Shown here in pieces: positions 38,057 to 48,739 of a stretch of DNA of 64,000 bases; position 1 is the stretch's first letter, and each line of letters starts with the position of its first letter. The translations under genes were made by a program, and so were the position numbers. Below the pieces are notes generated by a model. The model worked only from the letters and a program-made list of their open reading frames with translations, ran no database searches and was not told where the DNA came from. The DNA is taken from the NCBI GenBank assembly GCA_030637655.1, contig DAOWGI010000090.1:10637-74636 (forward strand), written 5' to 3'. The DNA is from a candidate division FCPU426 bacterium (lineage in GTDB: Bacteria; Oederibacteriota; JAAXVQ01; JAUVAV01).

Positions 38057-39370
38057 CTATTGAATTTTTAAGCTCTGCAGCTGCTGAAGCGCTGTTCTCG
38101 GAATTTTTCCAATAACCGCAGAAGCAATGGGTGTCTGCCGGAAAAGTTCACGAGCCAGTTTTTGAATATCGGTTTTTTTTATTTTTTGAATGGCTGACAA
38201 AATAGACGCTGGTTCCGGTTGGTGTTGTAAATACATTTCTTGTTGAATCATGTTCCACATATGCGTCGAGGAACTCTCGAGCGAAATTAAATAATTGCCA
38301 CGCATCTGTTCCCGGACATCATGCCATTCCTGATCAGTGATGGAATGTGAACACAAGTGTTGCAGCTGGGTTGCTATTATTTTTAACGTTGCTTTAATCT
38401 TACTCGGATGACATGCAAAATAGATGCCACCCATACCGGTATCATAATAAAAATCCACAAAGGAATAAATGGAATACACTAATGCTCTTTTTTCACGCAC
38501 CTCATAAAACAAGCGTGAATTTGTCCCTGCTCCCAAGATGTTGGAAAGCGCTAAAGCCGTGATACGACGCTGATCGGAAAAGGGCAATCCCGGCACGCCC
38601 AGACAGATATGGGTTTGTTCCAAATCCCGCAACTTTATTTGCGATTTCAATAACGGTCTGGGTGCTGTTGCCAATTGATTCGTGCCCGGTTGATTTTGGC
38701 CGAAGTTATTAAAATAACGCCTGGCCAATCTAACCACCTGGGCAGGCGCAATGTTACCGGCTACTGAGAGTATCATTCGGTTGGCACGGTAATGACGTTG
38801 TACAAAGGAAAGGAGATCAGCACGCCGGATTCGCGCGAGACTCTTCCGGCTTCCTAAAATCGAACGCCCCAAAGCATGGCGCGGCCAGAAGGCCTGAAAA
38901 AGTAAATCATGTACCAATTCATCCGGATCATCTTCATACATCCGAATTTCTTCGACAATGATCTGTTTTTCTTTTTCCAACAGCGTGCCGGTCAAACGTG
39001 AATTGAGCAGCATGTCCGCCAACACATCCATGGCCAGTGAAAAATATCGGGCCGGAACTTTGGCATAAAACGCTGTGCTTTCACGGCCGGTACACGCGTC
39101 CAGGGTTCCTCCCACCGCGTTGATCACACGCGAGAGTTCGCGCGTATCACGTTGGCGCGTGCCTTGGAAAAACATATGTTCCACCAAATGACTCAGCCCT
39201 GCTTCTTCCTCAGCTTCGTCGCGTGACCCAACCGCCACACTGAATCCTACCGAAACAGAGGCAAGTTGCGAAATAGGTTGTACGAGGATGATCAAGCCGT
39301 TGGGTAAGACCGTCCGGAACAATCTCGGATTTTTTGAACTAGATGGTTTCAAGCAACTTCCGTCCTTCAA
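38057..39370 (-). CDS. M16 (pitrilysin) family zinc peptidase
   Basis: GLSHLVEHMFFQGT (HxxEH) and SRLFYEVREKRALVYSI. Exact start uncertain. Confidence 0.93.
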   Translation of the reverse strand: MKDGSCLKPSSSKNPRLFRTVLPNGLIILVQPISQLASVSVGFSVAVGSRDEAEEEAGLSHLVEHMFFQGTRQRDTRELSRVINAVGGTLDACTGRESTAFYAKVPARYFSLAMDVLADMLLNSRLTGTLLEKEKQIIVEEIRMYEDDPDELVHDLLFQAFWPRHALGRSILGSRKSLARIRRADLLSFVQRHYRANRMILSVAGNIAPAQVVRLARRYFNNFGQNQPGTNQLATAPRPLLKSQIKLRDLEQTHICLGVPGLPFSDQRRITALALSNILGAGTNSRLFYEVREKRALVYSIYSFVDFYYDTGMGGIYFACHPSKIKATLKIIATQLQHLCSHSITDQEWHDVREQMRGNYLISLESSSTHMWNMIQQEMYLQHQPEPASILSAIQKIKKTDIQKLARELFRQTPIASAVIGKIPRTALQQLQSLKIQ

Positions 39371-40757
39371 CTGCCAAGCGCTCTAAATTCTTGATAGTAT
39401 TTGCTTCTAAATAAAGACGCGCCACCGGCTCGGTGCCGGAAAGCCGAATACCCAGCCAGGACCCGTTGTCCAAAAGATATTTATAGCCATCCATGGTATC
39501 CACAGAGACCACTTTATATCCCGCCAAAGTGCCGGGACGGTAACGATTTAAATAATGTCTCAACTCATCACCTGCGGTTTTTGCTTTCAGCTGCACATTA
39601 ATACGGCTGGTGATGATACGGCCCACTTGCGAATACACATCCTGCAAAATGGCTTTAAGACTACGCTTCTCGCGAGCCACCAGTTCCACCATGAGCAGGC
39701 AGGCCAGTATGCCGTCTTTTTCAGGGATATGCCCAGTGATGGTTAATCCTCCGCTTTCCTCGCCGCCAACCAGAAATCCTCCGCGCTGCATACTCTCGCC
39801 AATATACTTAAATCCAACCGGTGTCACTTCAACCGGTAAACCATATTGTTTGGCAATCGCATCCACCAAATGACTAGTCACCACCGACCGGACTACACGT
39901 CCGGAAAAGCCGCGATGACGAACCAGCAGATAGACAGTCAGAGCCAGGATTTCATTGGGAGTCAGATAAGTGCCGTCTTGATCCACCACACCAAAACGAT
40001 CAGCATCACCGTCCGTACCCAACGCCAGCCGCGCCCGTTTTTGTTTCATAACCTGCGCGGCTTCTTTCAGATATTCCGCATTGGGTTCCGGCGGATGTCC
40101 TCCAAAACGCGTATCCCGCCAATCATGCAACACCTGCACTTGGCAACCGGCCCGACGCAAACAGTCGTCCAAATATCCCCGCCCAGCTCCGTATAACGGA
40201 TCAGCAACCACTTTCAACCCGGCCTGCCGCAACAAACGCATGGGCAAGATGCGATTAATCCGTTTGAGATAATTGGGCTTCGGATCATAAACACTAATCT
40301 TTCCCGGGCGCACACCGCGTGGCGGCTGCCCGCCGTTTTGTTGCAACAAACGGTTGGCCTCTTTTTCAATGGGCGCTACTTCATCTTTGCCGGCAGGTCC
40401 GCCATAGGCATTGGACCACTTGAAGCCCTGATACTGCGCAGGGTTGTGACTGGCAGTAAAATTGATGCCACCGGCTAATTTTAAATCAATAATAGCCGTG
40501 GACAAAACCGGGGTCGGAGCCGCAGCGATCACTACATGCACACGAATGCCCTCACTCTTCATCACTTCAGCTGAAAGATGGGTAAATTCCTCGGCTAAAA
40601 AGCGGGGATCATGTCCGATTAAAACACCTTTTTTGGCCAGTCCGCGTTTTTTTAAGTAACGCGCTGTGGCCCGCGTAATTGCCGTGACTCCGGTAAAAGT
40701 AAACCCATCCGCTATAATATCCCGCCAGCCGGATGTGCCGAAATGAATTGGCGCCAT
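39339..40757 (-). CDS. Phosphoglucomutase/phosphomannomutase family
   Basis: FGTSGWR, TASHNP, DGDADR, GEESGG and RLSGTEP motifs. Confidence 0.95.
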   Translation of the reverse strand: MAPIHFGTSGWRDIIADGFTFTGVTAITRATARYLKKRGLAKKGVLIGHDPRFLAEEFTHLSAEVMKSEGIRVHVVIAAAPTPVLSTAIIDLKLAGGINFTASHNPAQYQGFKWSNAYGGPAGKDEVAPIEKEANRLLQQNGGQPPRGVRPGKISVYDPKPNYLKRINRILPMRLLRQAGLKVVADPLYGAGRGYLDDCLRRAGCQVQVLHDWRDTRFGGHPPEPNAEYLKEAAQVMKQKRARLALGTDGDADRFGVVDQDGTYLTPNEILALTVYLLVRHRGFSGRVVRSVVTSHLVDAIAKQYGLPVEVTPVGFKYIGESMQRGGFLVGGEESGGLTITGHIPEKDGILACLLMVELVAREKRSLKAILQDVYSQVGRIITSRINVQLKAKTAGDELRHYLNRYRPGTLAGYKVVSVDTMDGYKYLLDNGSWLGIRLSGTEPVARLYLEANTIKNLERLAVEGRKLLETI

Positions 40758-40790
40758 TATTTATACCTCCAACAAAAATAATGAATAAAA

Positions 40791-40927
40791 GTATCATGTC
40801 AGTGAAGTGCGCAGTTAAACAAAGATTGTCATTCCCGAGGGTTTAATCGGGAATCTGGTTTTTTAAACCGTATCCCCGATACAAGCATTCGGGGATGACA
40901 AACAAAAAAACATGACTGACCTGTTAC
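40791..40927. mobile_element. MITE family 1, copy 4 (no nested insert)
   Basis: gtatcatgtcag ... ctgacctgttac; flanks gaataaaa / gaataatc. Confidence 0.85.
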
Positions 40928-40937
40928 GAATAATCTG

Positions 40938-40965
40938 GTAGGGGCGCGATTAATCGCGCCCCTAC
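40938..40965. repeat. Intergenic GTAG REP
   Basis: Perfect palindrome gtaggggcgcgattaatcgcgcccctac. Confidence 0.85.
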
Positions 40966-40987
40966 GATAATAAAATGTCCAATTAAA

Positions 40988-43486
40988 TCACGCCTGCCAT
41001 TCCTGTATCATTTGACAATAACGCAAGGCCAGTTGTTGTGATTGTTCAGGATTGACCCCTTCGGCATTCACATGAAAGATGGGTTTGTCCGCGTCTGGAA
41101 TGATAATAACCCAGGATTTTCCATGCCAAATCTTCACACCATCCAACAGTTCTACTTTTTCATTACGCGTATTCTCGATCAAACGCCGCATGATTGTGCC
41201 TTTCTTTTCCCAAGCACAGGCAATGTGTCTGCGTTCCAAATGAATGGGCGGAATTTGATCAATTATAGTAGACAAAGGTGCTGCTGCTATGGCTAAAAGT
41301 TCTAACAATTTGGCTGTGGCCATCATTGAATCAAAAGCAGGTTGGAAATTAGGAAACACATATCCGCCCTTGGACTCACCCACAAAATCCAGACGCCGCC
41401 GGTCCGCCGCATCCAGCATGGCGGCATATTGCGTCTTAGTACGAACGATTTTCGCGTGGTATTTTTCCGCCAGATCATCAATCACCCGAGAGGCGGAAAT
41501 AGGAACAGCCAAGCGCGCACCGGACTTGGCTTTCATTACCAGTAATGCCATCAAGGCTAAGGCCCGGTCACCATCCAAACTCCGGCCTTTATCATCAGCA
41601 ATATAAATTTTTTGCGCTCCTGCATCCATCATAACACCCACGTGGGCTTTGAGCGTTCCCACCATTTCACCCATGCGGTGAAATGATTGCTCCAATTCCG
41701 CGGATGAGCGGGTCAAACGCGTACCGTTGGCATAGGAATTTAAAGCCACAACATCACAATGCATATCACCCAGCACTTGCGGGAAAATACCTACCGCACT
41801 GCCCCAGGCATAATCAATCACGATTTTAAAAGCAGCTTTACGAATCCGCTCATGATTAAGAGAACGGATAAATCCTTCTTGATAATATTCCAAGGCACGG
41901 GAGGGAAACATAATCTCACCCGCATGTTCCATATCCGCCCGGGGAAAATCTTCGCGAAAAAATAAATTTTCCACCCCTTTTTCTTTGGCCCTGGACAATT
42001 CTTTGCCATGCGGATCAAAAAACTTAATATCCATTAGTTTGTCATTATAGGGCGATTTGCGGACATGAAAACCACCGGCAACTTTTAAGGCCCTAATGGC
42101 ATAACGTGCCACTGGTATGGGCACCACCCGCAAATCATATACATTCACCCCCACAGAGCCCAAACCGGTCATAATGGCACGATCAATGATACGCGAACTC
42201 TTATGATTGTCCCGGCTGGACAGCACAAAATCACCTTTTTTGAGCGAGGCTCCAAAAGCAGCTCCCAATTTGGCGGCAAATTCCGGCGTGATTTCAATAT
42301 TGCCCAGACCCGAAACCCCATACGCGTCAAAAATTTGTTTTGACCAGCGTTCGCCCCAGATCAGTGACGTGGATAAAGTGGTGCCGTCTTCAATAATTTT
42401 ATACGGCCACACTTTCACTTCCGCTTTTACGGTAGCGTCCTCGCCTATAGTACAGCGATCCGAGACCACCGCGCCCACTCCAATGTAGGCCCTGGCTCCG
42501 ATACGGCAATCATTACAAATTGTGACTTCTTTTAAATTGGCGCCATTGCCAATGGAAACATTGTCCCAAATCACAGAACCGATAAGCTTAGAACTCTCCC
42601 CTACCCGGCAGGAGGAACCTAAAATCGAATTGTTGATCCGGACGTGGGGTCCGATCCAACAATGCTCCCCTAAAATGACACCGGCTTCCAACACTGCGGT
42701 CGGATCAATAAAACAGCCTTCGCCAATCCAATTACCCTCTTTGAATTCACCTGTGCCGGGATTCGCCAATTCCACGCCAATACGCTTGGCATCATAATGT
42801 GCCAGACGGTATTCAGTAAGATTCCCAACATCCTTCCAGTAGGTGTCTTCCGCTACATAACCATACAAGGGAGCTTTGGCAGCCAAAATTTCCGGAAAAA
42901 ATTGTTTGCTAAAATCATATTCCTGGTCAGCTGGAATGCGTCCCAAGACTTGGGGCTCAAAAATATAAATACCGGTGTTGATGGTATCGGAAAACACTTC
43001 GCCCCAACTGGGTTTTTCCAAAAAGCGTGAAATACGCCCATTCTCTTTGGTAATAACCACACCATACGACAAGGGATTTTCTTCCCGCGTTAACACAATA
43101 GTTGCTAAAGATTTTTTCTCACGATGGTATTGAATAGCTTTAGTAAGATCAACATTAGTTAACACATCTCCGGAAATAACCAGAAAGGTGTCCAGACCCA
43201 AAGTCTCTTCCGCTTTCTTCACACAACCGGCAGTACCTAAATCCGAATCCGGCAGGATATAGGAAATTTTAAGTCCCCACTGCGAACCGTCGCCAAAGTA
43301 TTTTTGAATTACTTCCGGCTGAAAGTACAGCGCTACCACCAATTCGGCAAACCCATGCTTTTTCAACAATTCAAAAATATGTTCCAACATAGGCCGATTG
43401 ACCATAGGTACCATGGGTTTCGGAATGTTGCAGGTCAACGGACGGAGTCGGGTTCCAAAGCCGCCGGCCATAATCATTGCTTTCAT
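40988..43486 (-). CDS. Mannose-1-phosphate guanylyltransferase fused to a phosphomannomutase-like domain
   Basis: MAGGFGTRLRPLT..PKPMVP, hexapeptide region and C-terminal PMM-like domain; 832 aa. Confidence 0.92.
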   Translation of the reverse strand: MKAMIMAGGFGTRLRPLTCNIPKPMVPMVNRPMLEHIFELLKKHGFAELVVALYFQPEVIQKYFGDGSQWGLKISYILPDSDLGTAGCVKKAEETLGLDTFLVISGDVLTNVDLTKAIQYHREKKSLATIVLTREENPLSYGVVITKENGRISRFLEKPSWGEVFSDTINTGIYIFEPQVLGRIPADQEYDFSKQFFPEILAAKAPLYGYVAEDTYWKDVGNLTEYRLAHYDAKRIGVELANPGTGEFKEGNWIGEGCFIDPTAVLEAGVILGEHCWIGPHVRINNSILGSSCRVGESSKLIGSVIWDNVSIGNGANLKEVTICNDCRIGARAYIGVGAVVSDRCTIGEDATVKAEVKVWPYKIIEDGTTLSTSLIWGERWSKQIFDAYGVSGLGNIEITPEFAAKLGAAFGASLKKGDFVLSSRDNHKSSRIIDRAIMTGLGSVGVNVYDLRVVPIPVARYAIRALKVAGGFHVRKSPYNDKLMDIKFFDPHGKELSRAKEKGVENLFFREDFPRADMEHAGEIMFPSRALEYYQEGFIRSLNHERIRKAAFKIVIDYAWGSAVGIFPQVLGDMHCDVVALNSYANGTRLTRSSAELEQSFHRMGEMVGTLKAHVGVMMDAGAQKIYIADDKGRSLDGDRALALMALLVMKAKSGARLAVPISASRVIDDLAEKYHAKIVRTKTQYAAMLDAADRRRLDFVGESKGGYVFPNFQPAFDSMMATAKLLELLAIAAAPLSTIIDQIPPIHLERRHIACAWEKKGTIMRRLIENTRNEKVELLDGVKIWHGKSWVIIIPDADKPIFHVNAEGVNPEQSQQLALRYCQMIQEWQA

Positions 43487-43566
43487 TGCTGCTCTCCCTC
43501 GGGAAGAATCAAAATACGCTACTGGTTGGTTCGCTTACACAAAGTTCTTCACAATTGAACCGAAAT

Positions 43567-46251
43567 TTATTTGAATAGATTCTTAAAATCGAGCTTTTTA
43601 ATGGATTCCTTGGCTTTTTCCACTTCTTTGTTCAAATTCTCCTGAACTTCTTTGGCGGATTTTCCTTTTTGCTGCTCCACAAATTGTTTGGCTTTCTTTT
43701 CAGCCTGTTTCTGCGCAGCTTTGGCCTTCTTTTTCGCATAGGATCCCAGCTGATTTTTGATCCACTCCCAGTCCGGATTCACCCGCGGTTTTTTTATCGG
43801 CCCATCCAGGATCACAGGAATGGTAAGCCACCCGCGATCGTCTTTTAAAATCTCTGAGTATTGCCGGAATTCCGGCGAAATTGTCCCGGCAGCACGAGGA
43901 TTTAAACGCGGACGCAATTTGAATTTCTCAAACTCGGCTTCAAAGGTTATTTTTCCTTTAGCGGTCATACGAATATCCCCGGATTTCCCTTGCACTCCTG
44001 ATTCCATGATAAACTTGGTGAGATTCACTTTTTTCCGTCCAATCACAAATACGATGTCCGTATTATCAAAGGGAATGTCCTGCCGGAACTTATCCGATCC
44101 AAACCATTTGGCCAGATTATCCTGGAAAGCAAATTGCCGTATCCGCCCGGCTTTCAGCGCAAACTCTCCCTTGCCGTTCAGATGTTTCATAGCATTTTGG
44201 GTACGTATACCTTTACCGGCTATTTTCAGTTTGCCGGTCAGGCGGCCTGTCAATTTATCTTTCAATTCGGAGATGATTTTCGGTTTCTTCAGTTTGGCAG
44301 CCACAAAAGTGTCCACCATATCATTCATCAGGGTTTCCAGATCAACCCCGGTTACCTTGGTACTCACAGCATAGCTCAACCTGGATTTGGAATAATCCAA
44401 GACCGTAGCATTTTCTATCCGGCCCTGGTAGCCCCGCACACTAGCGGTGGCATTGATTTTCTGTTTGGCTTGCCGCATGGAAAAATCAACTTGCCCAAGT
44501 TTTACCTGTCCGAATTTGATCCCGCCCAACGAGGCCTTACCATTTATTTTTAATCCTGGCGGGATGAATTTACGCACATCCGGTTCAGGCCTATCAGAGA
44601 TGACTTCCGCTTCAGATGCCAATACTGCATCGGCTTGCTGGCCGCCCTTTTCCGGCTTTTTTTTCTCTTGCCTGGGAAGCAAGGCGAACATGGCATCCAA
44701 ATCCAGCATTTGGGAATTCAATTTCCATTTCATCTGCGCTTGTAAAGTGTCCGGTTTCAAAGTCCGGGGATCTCTCAGATCCAGTCCGGTTACTGTCAAA
44801 TACCCATCCAAAGGCTGACCGGTTAACTTGGCCTTGATTTTTTTGATCGCGATCTGTTTGGGCTGGATGGTGATGTTCGTTCCAAAACCTTCCAGCAACA
44901 TCTTGTCTTGGTAACTGACCTGAACATCCCGGACTTTAACACTACAATCCAGATCTAAGGCTTTAGGTTTTTCCATCTGACCTTGTATTTTTAGCTTATA
45001 GGAAATGCTGCCATTGGTCTGCAGGTGGGTTATTTTTTTCATGATCGCAGGCGGTATCAATTTAGCCGCACATTCGGCCACATTGATTTTGCCGTTCACT
45101 TGCGCCCAGAGTTGCCGGGTTTCCAAAATATCATTGAGTTTGGTCTCCAACTGAGCGGAAATCCCAGGCAAAGTAATAGCCTGCTTTATTTTTACATTCG
45201 AGGACTTCAGGCTTATATCGCCCTTGATGCCCAGCGGCGCCTGCAGACCTTTTATGTCCAGATTCACAGCCAAATCATTGTTAGCTGTAATCTGCAACTG
45301 ATCAACCTGTTTGGCCGGTCCTTTCACAGAAAAGGTAACCGCAGCTGTTCCTTTAACCTGGATGTCTTCCGGAATTTTCTTTTTTACATCCAAAGGAGTC
45401 AGTTTGTTTATGACTTTTTGAAAATCAAGATTGGTTTTTCCAGCCAGGTTCAAGTAAGGAGCAGAGACTACATCGGAAACCTCCCCGGCTGCTTCCAGCC
45501 GAATACCGGGCAATGTCACTTGCACGCTATCCAGTTTAAATTTTTCTTTAGCATAGTTAAAGCGCCAGCTGGTATCGAGATTTAAGGGATACGTTTGACC
45601 CAACGCCTTTAACTTGGCATCCACATGGACTTTGACTGGGATTAATCCGGCCAAGGTTAAATTTTCCACCAAGAGGTTTAAAGTTTCAATGGTATATTCC
45701 TGTTTCCGGCCCAGATCCCTGTACACAACCTTGGCGTCGTTAATGGCAAACTTAGAGATCAATAATTCCACCGGAATGGCTGGTAGTCCCTTTTTTGCCT
45801 CCAGAGCCTCCACTTTGGCTGCTTTCTCTTTTTTGGCTGGAAGCATGTCTGAAAAATTAAAGGTGTTGTCCGCCTTTTTTTCAATCAGCACGTGTGGTTT
45901 GTTCAGCACCACGGCTTTGATGGCTACTTTGCCCACCAACAGAGGCAATAAACGATACTGTACACTCACCGATTCATCGGTTAAAAAAGGTGTTTCGGAA
46001 AAACCCTTGGCATTCTCGATGCGTAATTTCCGCACTTCAATTCCTTTGAACAGATTAAAGCCAATACTTTCAATAGACACCTGATGATGTATTGCTTCGG
46101 AAATTTTAGCTTGCGCTTGAACTTTCAGTTTTTCCCAAGGAATAAAACGAGGAACAATGAGCAGCGCCGCTCCGAGCAGAATCACCGCAATCAACCCAGT
46201 GATAAGAATAAGACGCAGCAAACTGAATTTTCGTTTTATTTGCCCACCCAT
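43567..46251 (-). CDS. AsmA family protein
   Basis: N-terminal TM, AsmA-like N-terminus (LLPLLVGKVAIKAVVLNKP..FNFSDM), and C-terminal IPVILDGPIKKP. Confidence 0.85.
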   Translation of the reverse strand: MGGQIKRKFSLLRLILITGLIAVILLGAALLIVPRFIPWEKLKVQAQAKISEAIHHQVSIESIGFNLFKGIEVRKLRIENAKGFSETPFLTDESVSVQYRLLPLLVGKVAIKAVVLNKPHVLIEKKADNTFNFSDMLPAKKEKAAKVEALEAKKGLPAIPVELLISKFAINDAKVVYRDLGRKQEYTIETLNLLVENLTLAGLIPVKVHVDAKLKALGQTYPLNLDTSWRFNYAKEKFKLDSVQVTLPGIRLEAAGEVSDVVSAPYLNLAGKTNLDFQKVINKLTPLDVKKKIPEDIQVKGTAAVTFSVKGPAKQVDQLQITANNDLAVNLDIKGLQAPLGIKGDISLKSSNVKIKQAITLPGISAQLETKLNDILETRQLWAQVNGKINVAECAAKLIPPAIMKKITHLQTNGSISYKLKIQGQMEKPKALDLDCSVKVRDVQVSYQDKMLLEGFGTNITIQPKQIAIKKIKAKLTGQPLDGYLTVTGLDLRDPRTLKPDTLQAQMKWKLNSQMLDLDAMFALLPRQEKKKPEKGGQQADAVLASEAEVISDRPEPDVRKFIPPGLKINGKASLGGIKFGQVKLGQVDFSMRQAKQKINATASVRGYQGRIENATVLDYSKSRLSYAVSTKVTGVDLETLMNDMVDTFVAAKLKKPKIISELKDKLTGRLTGKLKIAGKGIRTQNAMKHLNGKGEFALKAGRIRQFAFQDNLAKWFGSDKFRQDIPFDNTDIVFVIGRKKVNLTKFIMESGVQGKSGDIRMTAKGKITFEAEFEKFKLRPRLNPRAAGTISPEFRQYSEILKDDRGWLTIPVILDGPIKKPRVNPDWEWIKNQLGSYAKKKAKAAQKQAEKKAKQFVEQQKGKSAKEVQENLNKEVEKAKESIKKLDFKNLFK

Positions 46252-46293
46252 CGGTCAATATCCTCTCTTTTTAAATAGTAAACTATGGTATTA

Positions 46294-47367
46294 TTATCGC
46301 CGGCCGGCCCGAACACGTTCAACCACATCTTCCTTTTTTTCCTCAGGTTGACCGTTACCACCTTCCGCTTCTGTAGATTCAACAGAAAGTAGTTTATTCC
46401 GCAGCTTTTCCTCGATCTCTTGCGCCATTGCCTGGTTTTCTTTGAGAAATGCCTTGACTGCTTCCCGGCCTTGGCCGATTCTCTGACCTTGGTAAGAGAA
46501 CCAGGAACCGGATTTCTCAACAATTTCGTTCTGAACACCCAGATCCAATAAATCGCCCTCTCTGGATATTCCTTCTCCAAACATAATATCAAAAGTAGCA
46601 ATGCCAAAAGGAGGTGCCACTTTGTTTTTAACCACTTTCACTTTAACGCGATTCCCCACAGCATCTTGACCCTGTTTAATGGTCTCGATTCTGCGAATAT
46701 CCAAACGCAGGCTCGCATAAAATTTCAAAGCGCGGCCACCGGGTGTAACTTCCGGATTTCCAAACATCACGCCGATCTTTTCCCGTAACTGGTTAATAAA
46801 GATCACCGCGGTCTGCGCGCGGCTGCTGATGGCTGTTAACTTTCGTAGAGCTTGCGACATCAGGCGTGCCTGCAATCCCATATGCGAATCACCCATATCC
46901 CCCTCAATTTCAGCCCGGGGAACCAAGGCAGCTACTGAGTCAATCACAATAATATCCAACGCACCGGAACGAACCAAGGTCTCGGCAATATCCAAGGCCT
47001 GTTCACCGGAGTCCGGCTGGGAAATGAGCATATTATCAATATCCACTCCGATTTTTCTGGCATATTCCGGATCCAAGGCATGTTCCGCGTCAATAAAGGC
47101 GGCATGGCCTCCGGTTTTTTGTAACTCAGCAATAATATGCTGGGCTAAAGTGGTCTTACCGGATGATTCGGGTCCGAACAATTCAACAATTCTCCCGCGT
47201 GGAATCCCTCCCACACCAAGCGCTATATCCAATGAAATGGACCCTGTGGGTATGGCTTTGACATCCGCCACCGGACGCTCACTGAATTTCATAATAGTAC
47301 CTTTGCCGAATTGTTTCTCAATCTGGGAAATTGCGAGTTCTAATGCTTTTGATTTTTCATTTGCCAT
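46294..47367 (-). CDS. recA: Recombinase RecA
   Basis: [17 protein letters not shown] and [10 protein letters not shown] motifs. Confidence 0.99.
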   Translation of the reverse strand: MANEKSKALELAISQIEKQFGKGTIMKFSERPVADVKAIPTGSISLDIALGVGGIPRGRIVELFGPESSGKTTLAQHIIAELQKTGGHAAFIDAEHALDPEYARKIGVDIDNMLISQPDSGEQALDIAETLVRSGALDIIVIDSVAALVPRAEIEGDMGDSHMGLQARLMSQALRKLTAISSRAQTAVIFINQLREKIGVMFGNPEVTPGGRALKFYASLRLDIRRIETIKQGQDAVGNRVKVKVVKNKVAPPFGIATFDIMFGEGISREGDLLDLGVQNEIVEKSGSWFSYQGQRIGQGREAVKAFLKENQAMAQEIEEKLRNKLLSVESTEAEGGNGQPEEKKEDVVERVRAGRR

Positions 47368-47467
47368 GGTTCAACCCTCCGTAGTGTGATAATACCTTGT
47401 CTCAGTGAGGGATTACGAAATAGACGATGCCCAACAGATACGGTAAAACAAGGCTTGTAAAGGCAAA

Positions 47468-47496
47468 ATTTTATCATGCCCCCCAAGGGGTGTCAA
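47468..47496 (-). promoter_or_regulatory. Sigma70 promoter of recA
   Basis: TTGACA-N17-TAAAAT on the minus strand. Confidence 0.7.
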
Positions 47497-47697
47497 GGGC
47501 TTTGAAATCTGCTTTCAAATCCGTAAAAATCCCTATAAATGGCGCTTTTTGCGATATAACCAGCAATCAAAACCTGTTGCTAAAAGCCTGACAGGTACAT
47601 GTTTTTTATAAAAAACCAGAACGGATTCGAAATCAGATAAGCTATAGAAAAAAGTTGCTGCGAGCGACTACAAGAAGTGATCAAGCATATCGTTTGT

Positions 47698-47725
47698 GTA
47701 GAGGCGTTTAATTAAACGCCCCTAC
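47698..47725. repeat. Intergenic GTAG REP
   Basis: gtagaggcgtttaattaaacgcccctac. Confidence 0.8.
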
Positions 47726-47767
47726 ATCCCTACCGGGATTTTTCCGGTTGTTATAGCAGCCGGAAAA

Positions 47768-48739
47768 TCACAGATAAGGATCATCTTTTATGAGGTAGTT
47801 TTGTACATAATCACGAATTCCGTCTTCCAGGGAATGAAATTCTCCCGGATACCCGGCTTTTTTTAATTTATTAATATTGGCTTCAGTCCGGTACTGATAC
47901 CGATCACGCAATGTTTCCGGCATTTCAATGAATTCAATCCTGGCATCGCGAGCCAGGGCCGTAAACACCGCATAGGCGAGATCCTGCCAGGTCCGGGCAC
48001 ACCCCGTGCCCACATTATACAATCCGTTGACCGCAGGATTGTTCACAAACCACCAGAGCACATCTACCACATCTTTCACATAAACAAAATCCCGGACTTG
48101 CTCCCCATCCTGATACTCCGGACGATACGACTTGAACAATCGTACGGATCCTTGTTCCTGAATTTGCCCAAACGCTTTGTGAATCACACTCCGCATATCC
48201 TCTTTGTGGTATTCGTTAGGGCCGTAGACATTGAAAAATTTCAGTCCCACCATGTGCTGAATAGCGCCGGATTTCAAAGCCCATATGTCCAGCAGCTGTT
48301 TGGAATAACCGTACATATTGAGCGGTTTTAAGCGCAGACTGGTTTCGTCAGCATCCGAATATCCTTGCGAGCCATCGCCATAGGTAGCGCCGGAGCTGGC
48401 ATACAAAAACCGGATCTGATGGCCGCAGGCCCACTCAGCCAACAAGCGCGTGTACTGATAATTGTTGCGCATAAGATAATCCGAGTCGCGTTCTGTGGTA
48501 GCGCTACAAGCGCCCATGTGTACTAAAGCGGTAATGTTTGGCGGCAGACAGTCGGCCTTGACTTTTTCTAAAAAGTCTTGCTGATCCAGATAATTCGCAA
48601 ATCGGCGATTGACCAGATTTTTCCATTTGTCACTACCATCCAGGTCATCCACCACCAAAATATCTTCAATGCCCTGGGTATTGAGCTTCCAAACAAATGC
48701 GCTGCCAATAAATCCGGCTCCGCCGGTAACAATAATCAT
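47768..48739 (-). CDS. hldD: ADP-L-glycero-D-manno-heptose 6-epimerase
   Basis: MIIVTGGAGFIGS, HMGACSATTE, YGYSK and FFNVYGPNEYHK motifs. Confidence 0.95.
   Translation of the reverse strand: MIIVTGGAGFIGSAFVWKLNTQGIEDILVVDDLDGSDKWKNLVNRRFANYLDQQDFLEKVKADCLPPNITALVHMGACSATTERDSDYLMRNNYQYTRLLAEWACGHQIRFLYASSGATYGDGSQGYSDADETSLRLKPLNMYGYSKQLLDIWALKSGAIQHMVGLKFFNVYGPNEYHKEDMRSVIHKAFGQIQEQGSVRLFKSYRPEYQDGEQVRDFVYVKDVVDVLWWFVNNPAVNGLYNVGTGCARTWQDLAYAVFTALARDARIEFIEMPETLRDRYQYRTEANINKLKKAGYPGEFHSLEDGIRDYVQNYLIKDDPYL

Noticed and set aside
47367-47700. LexA box upstream of recA
   Set aside because: No convincing CTGT-N8-ACAG or GAAC-N4-GTTC match seen.
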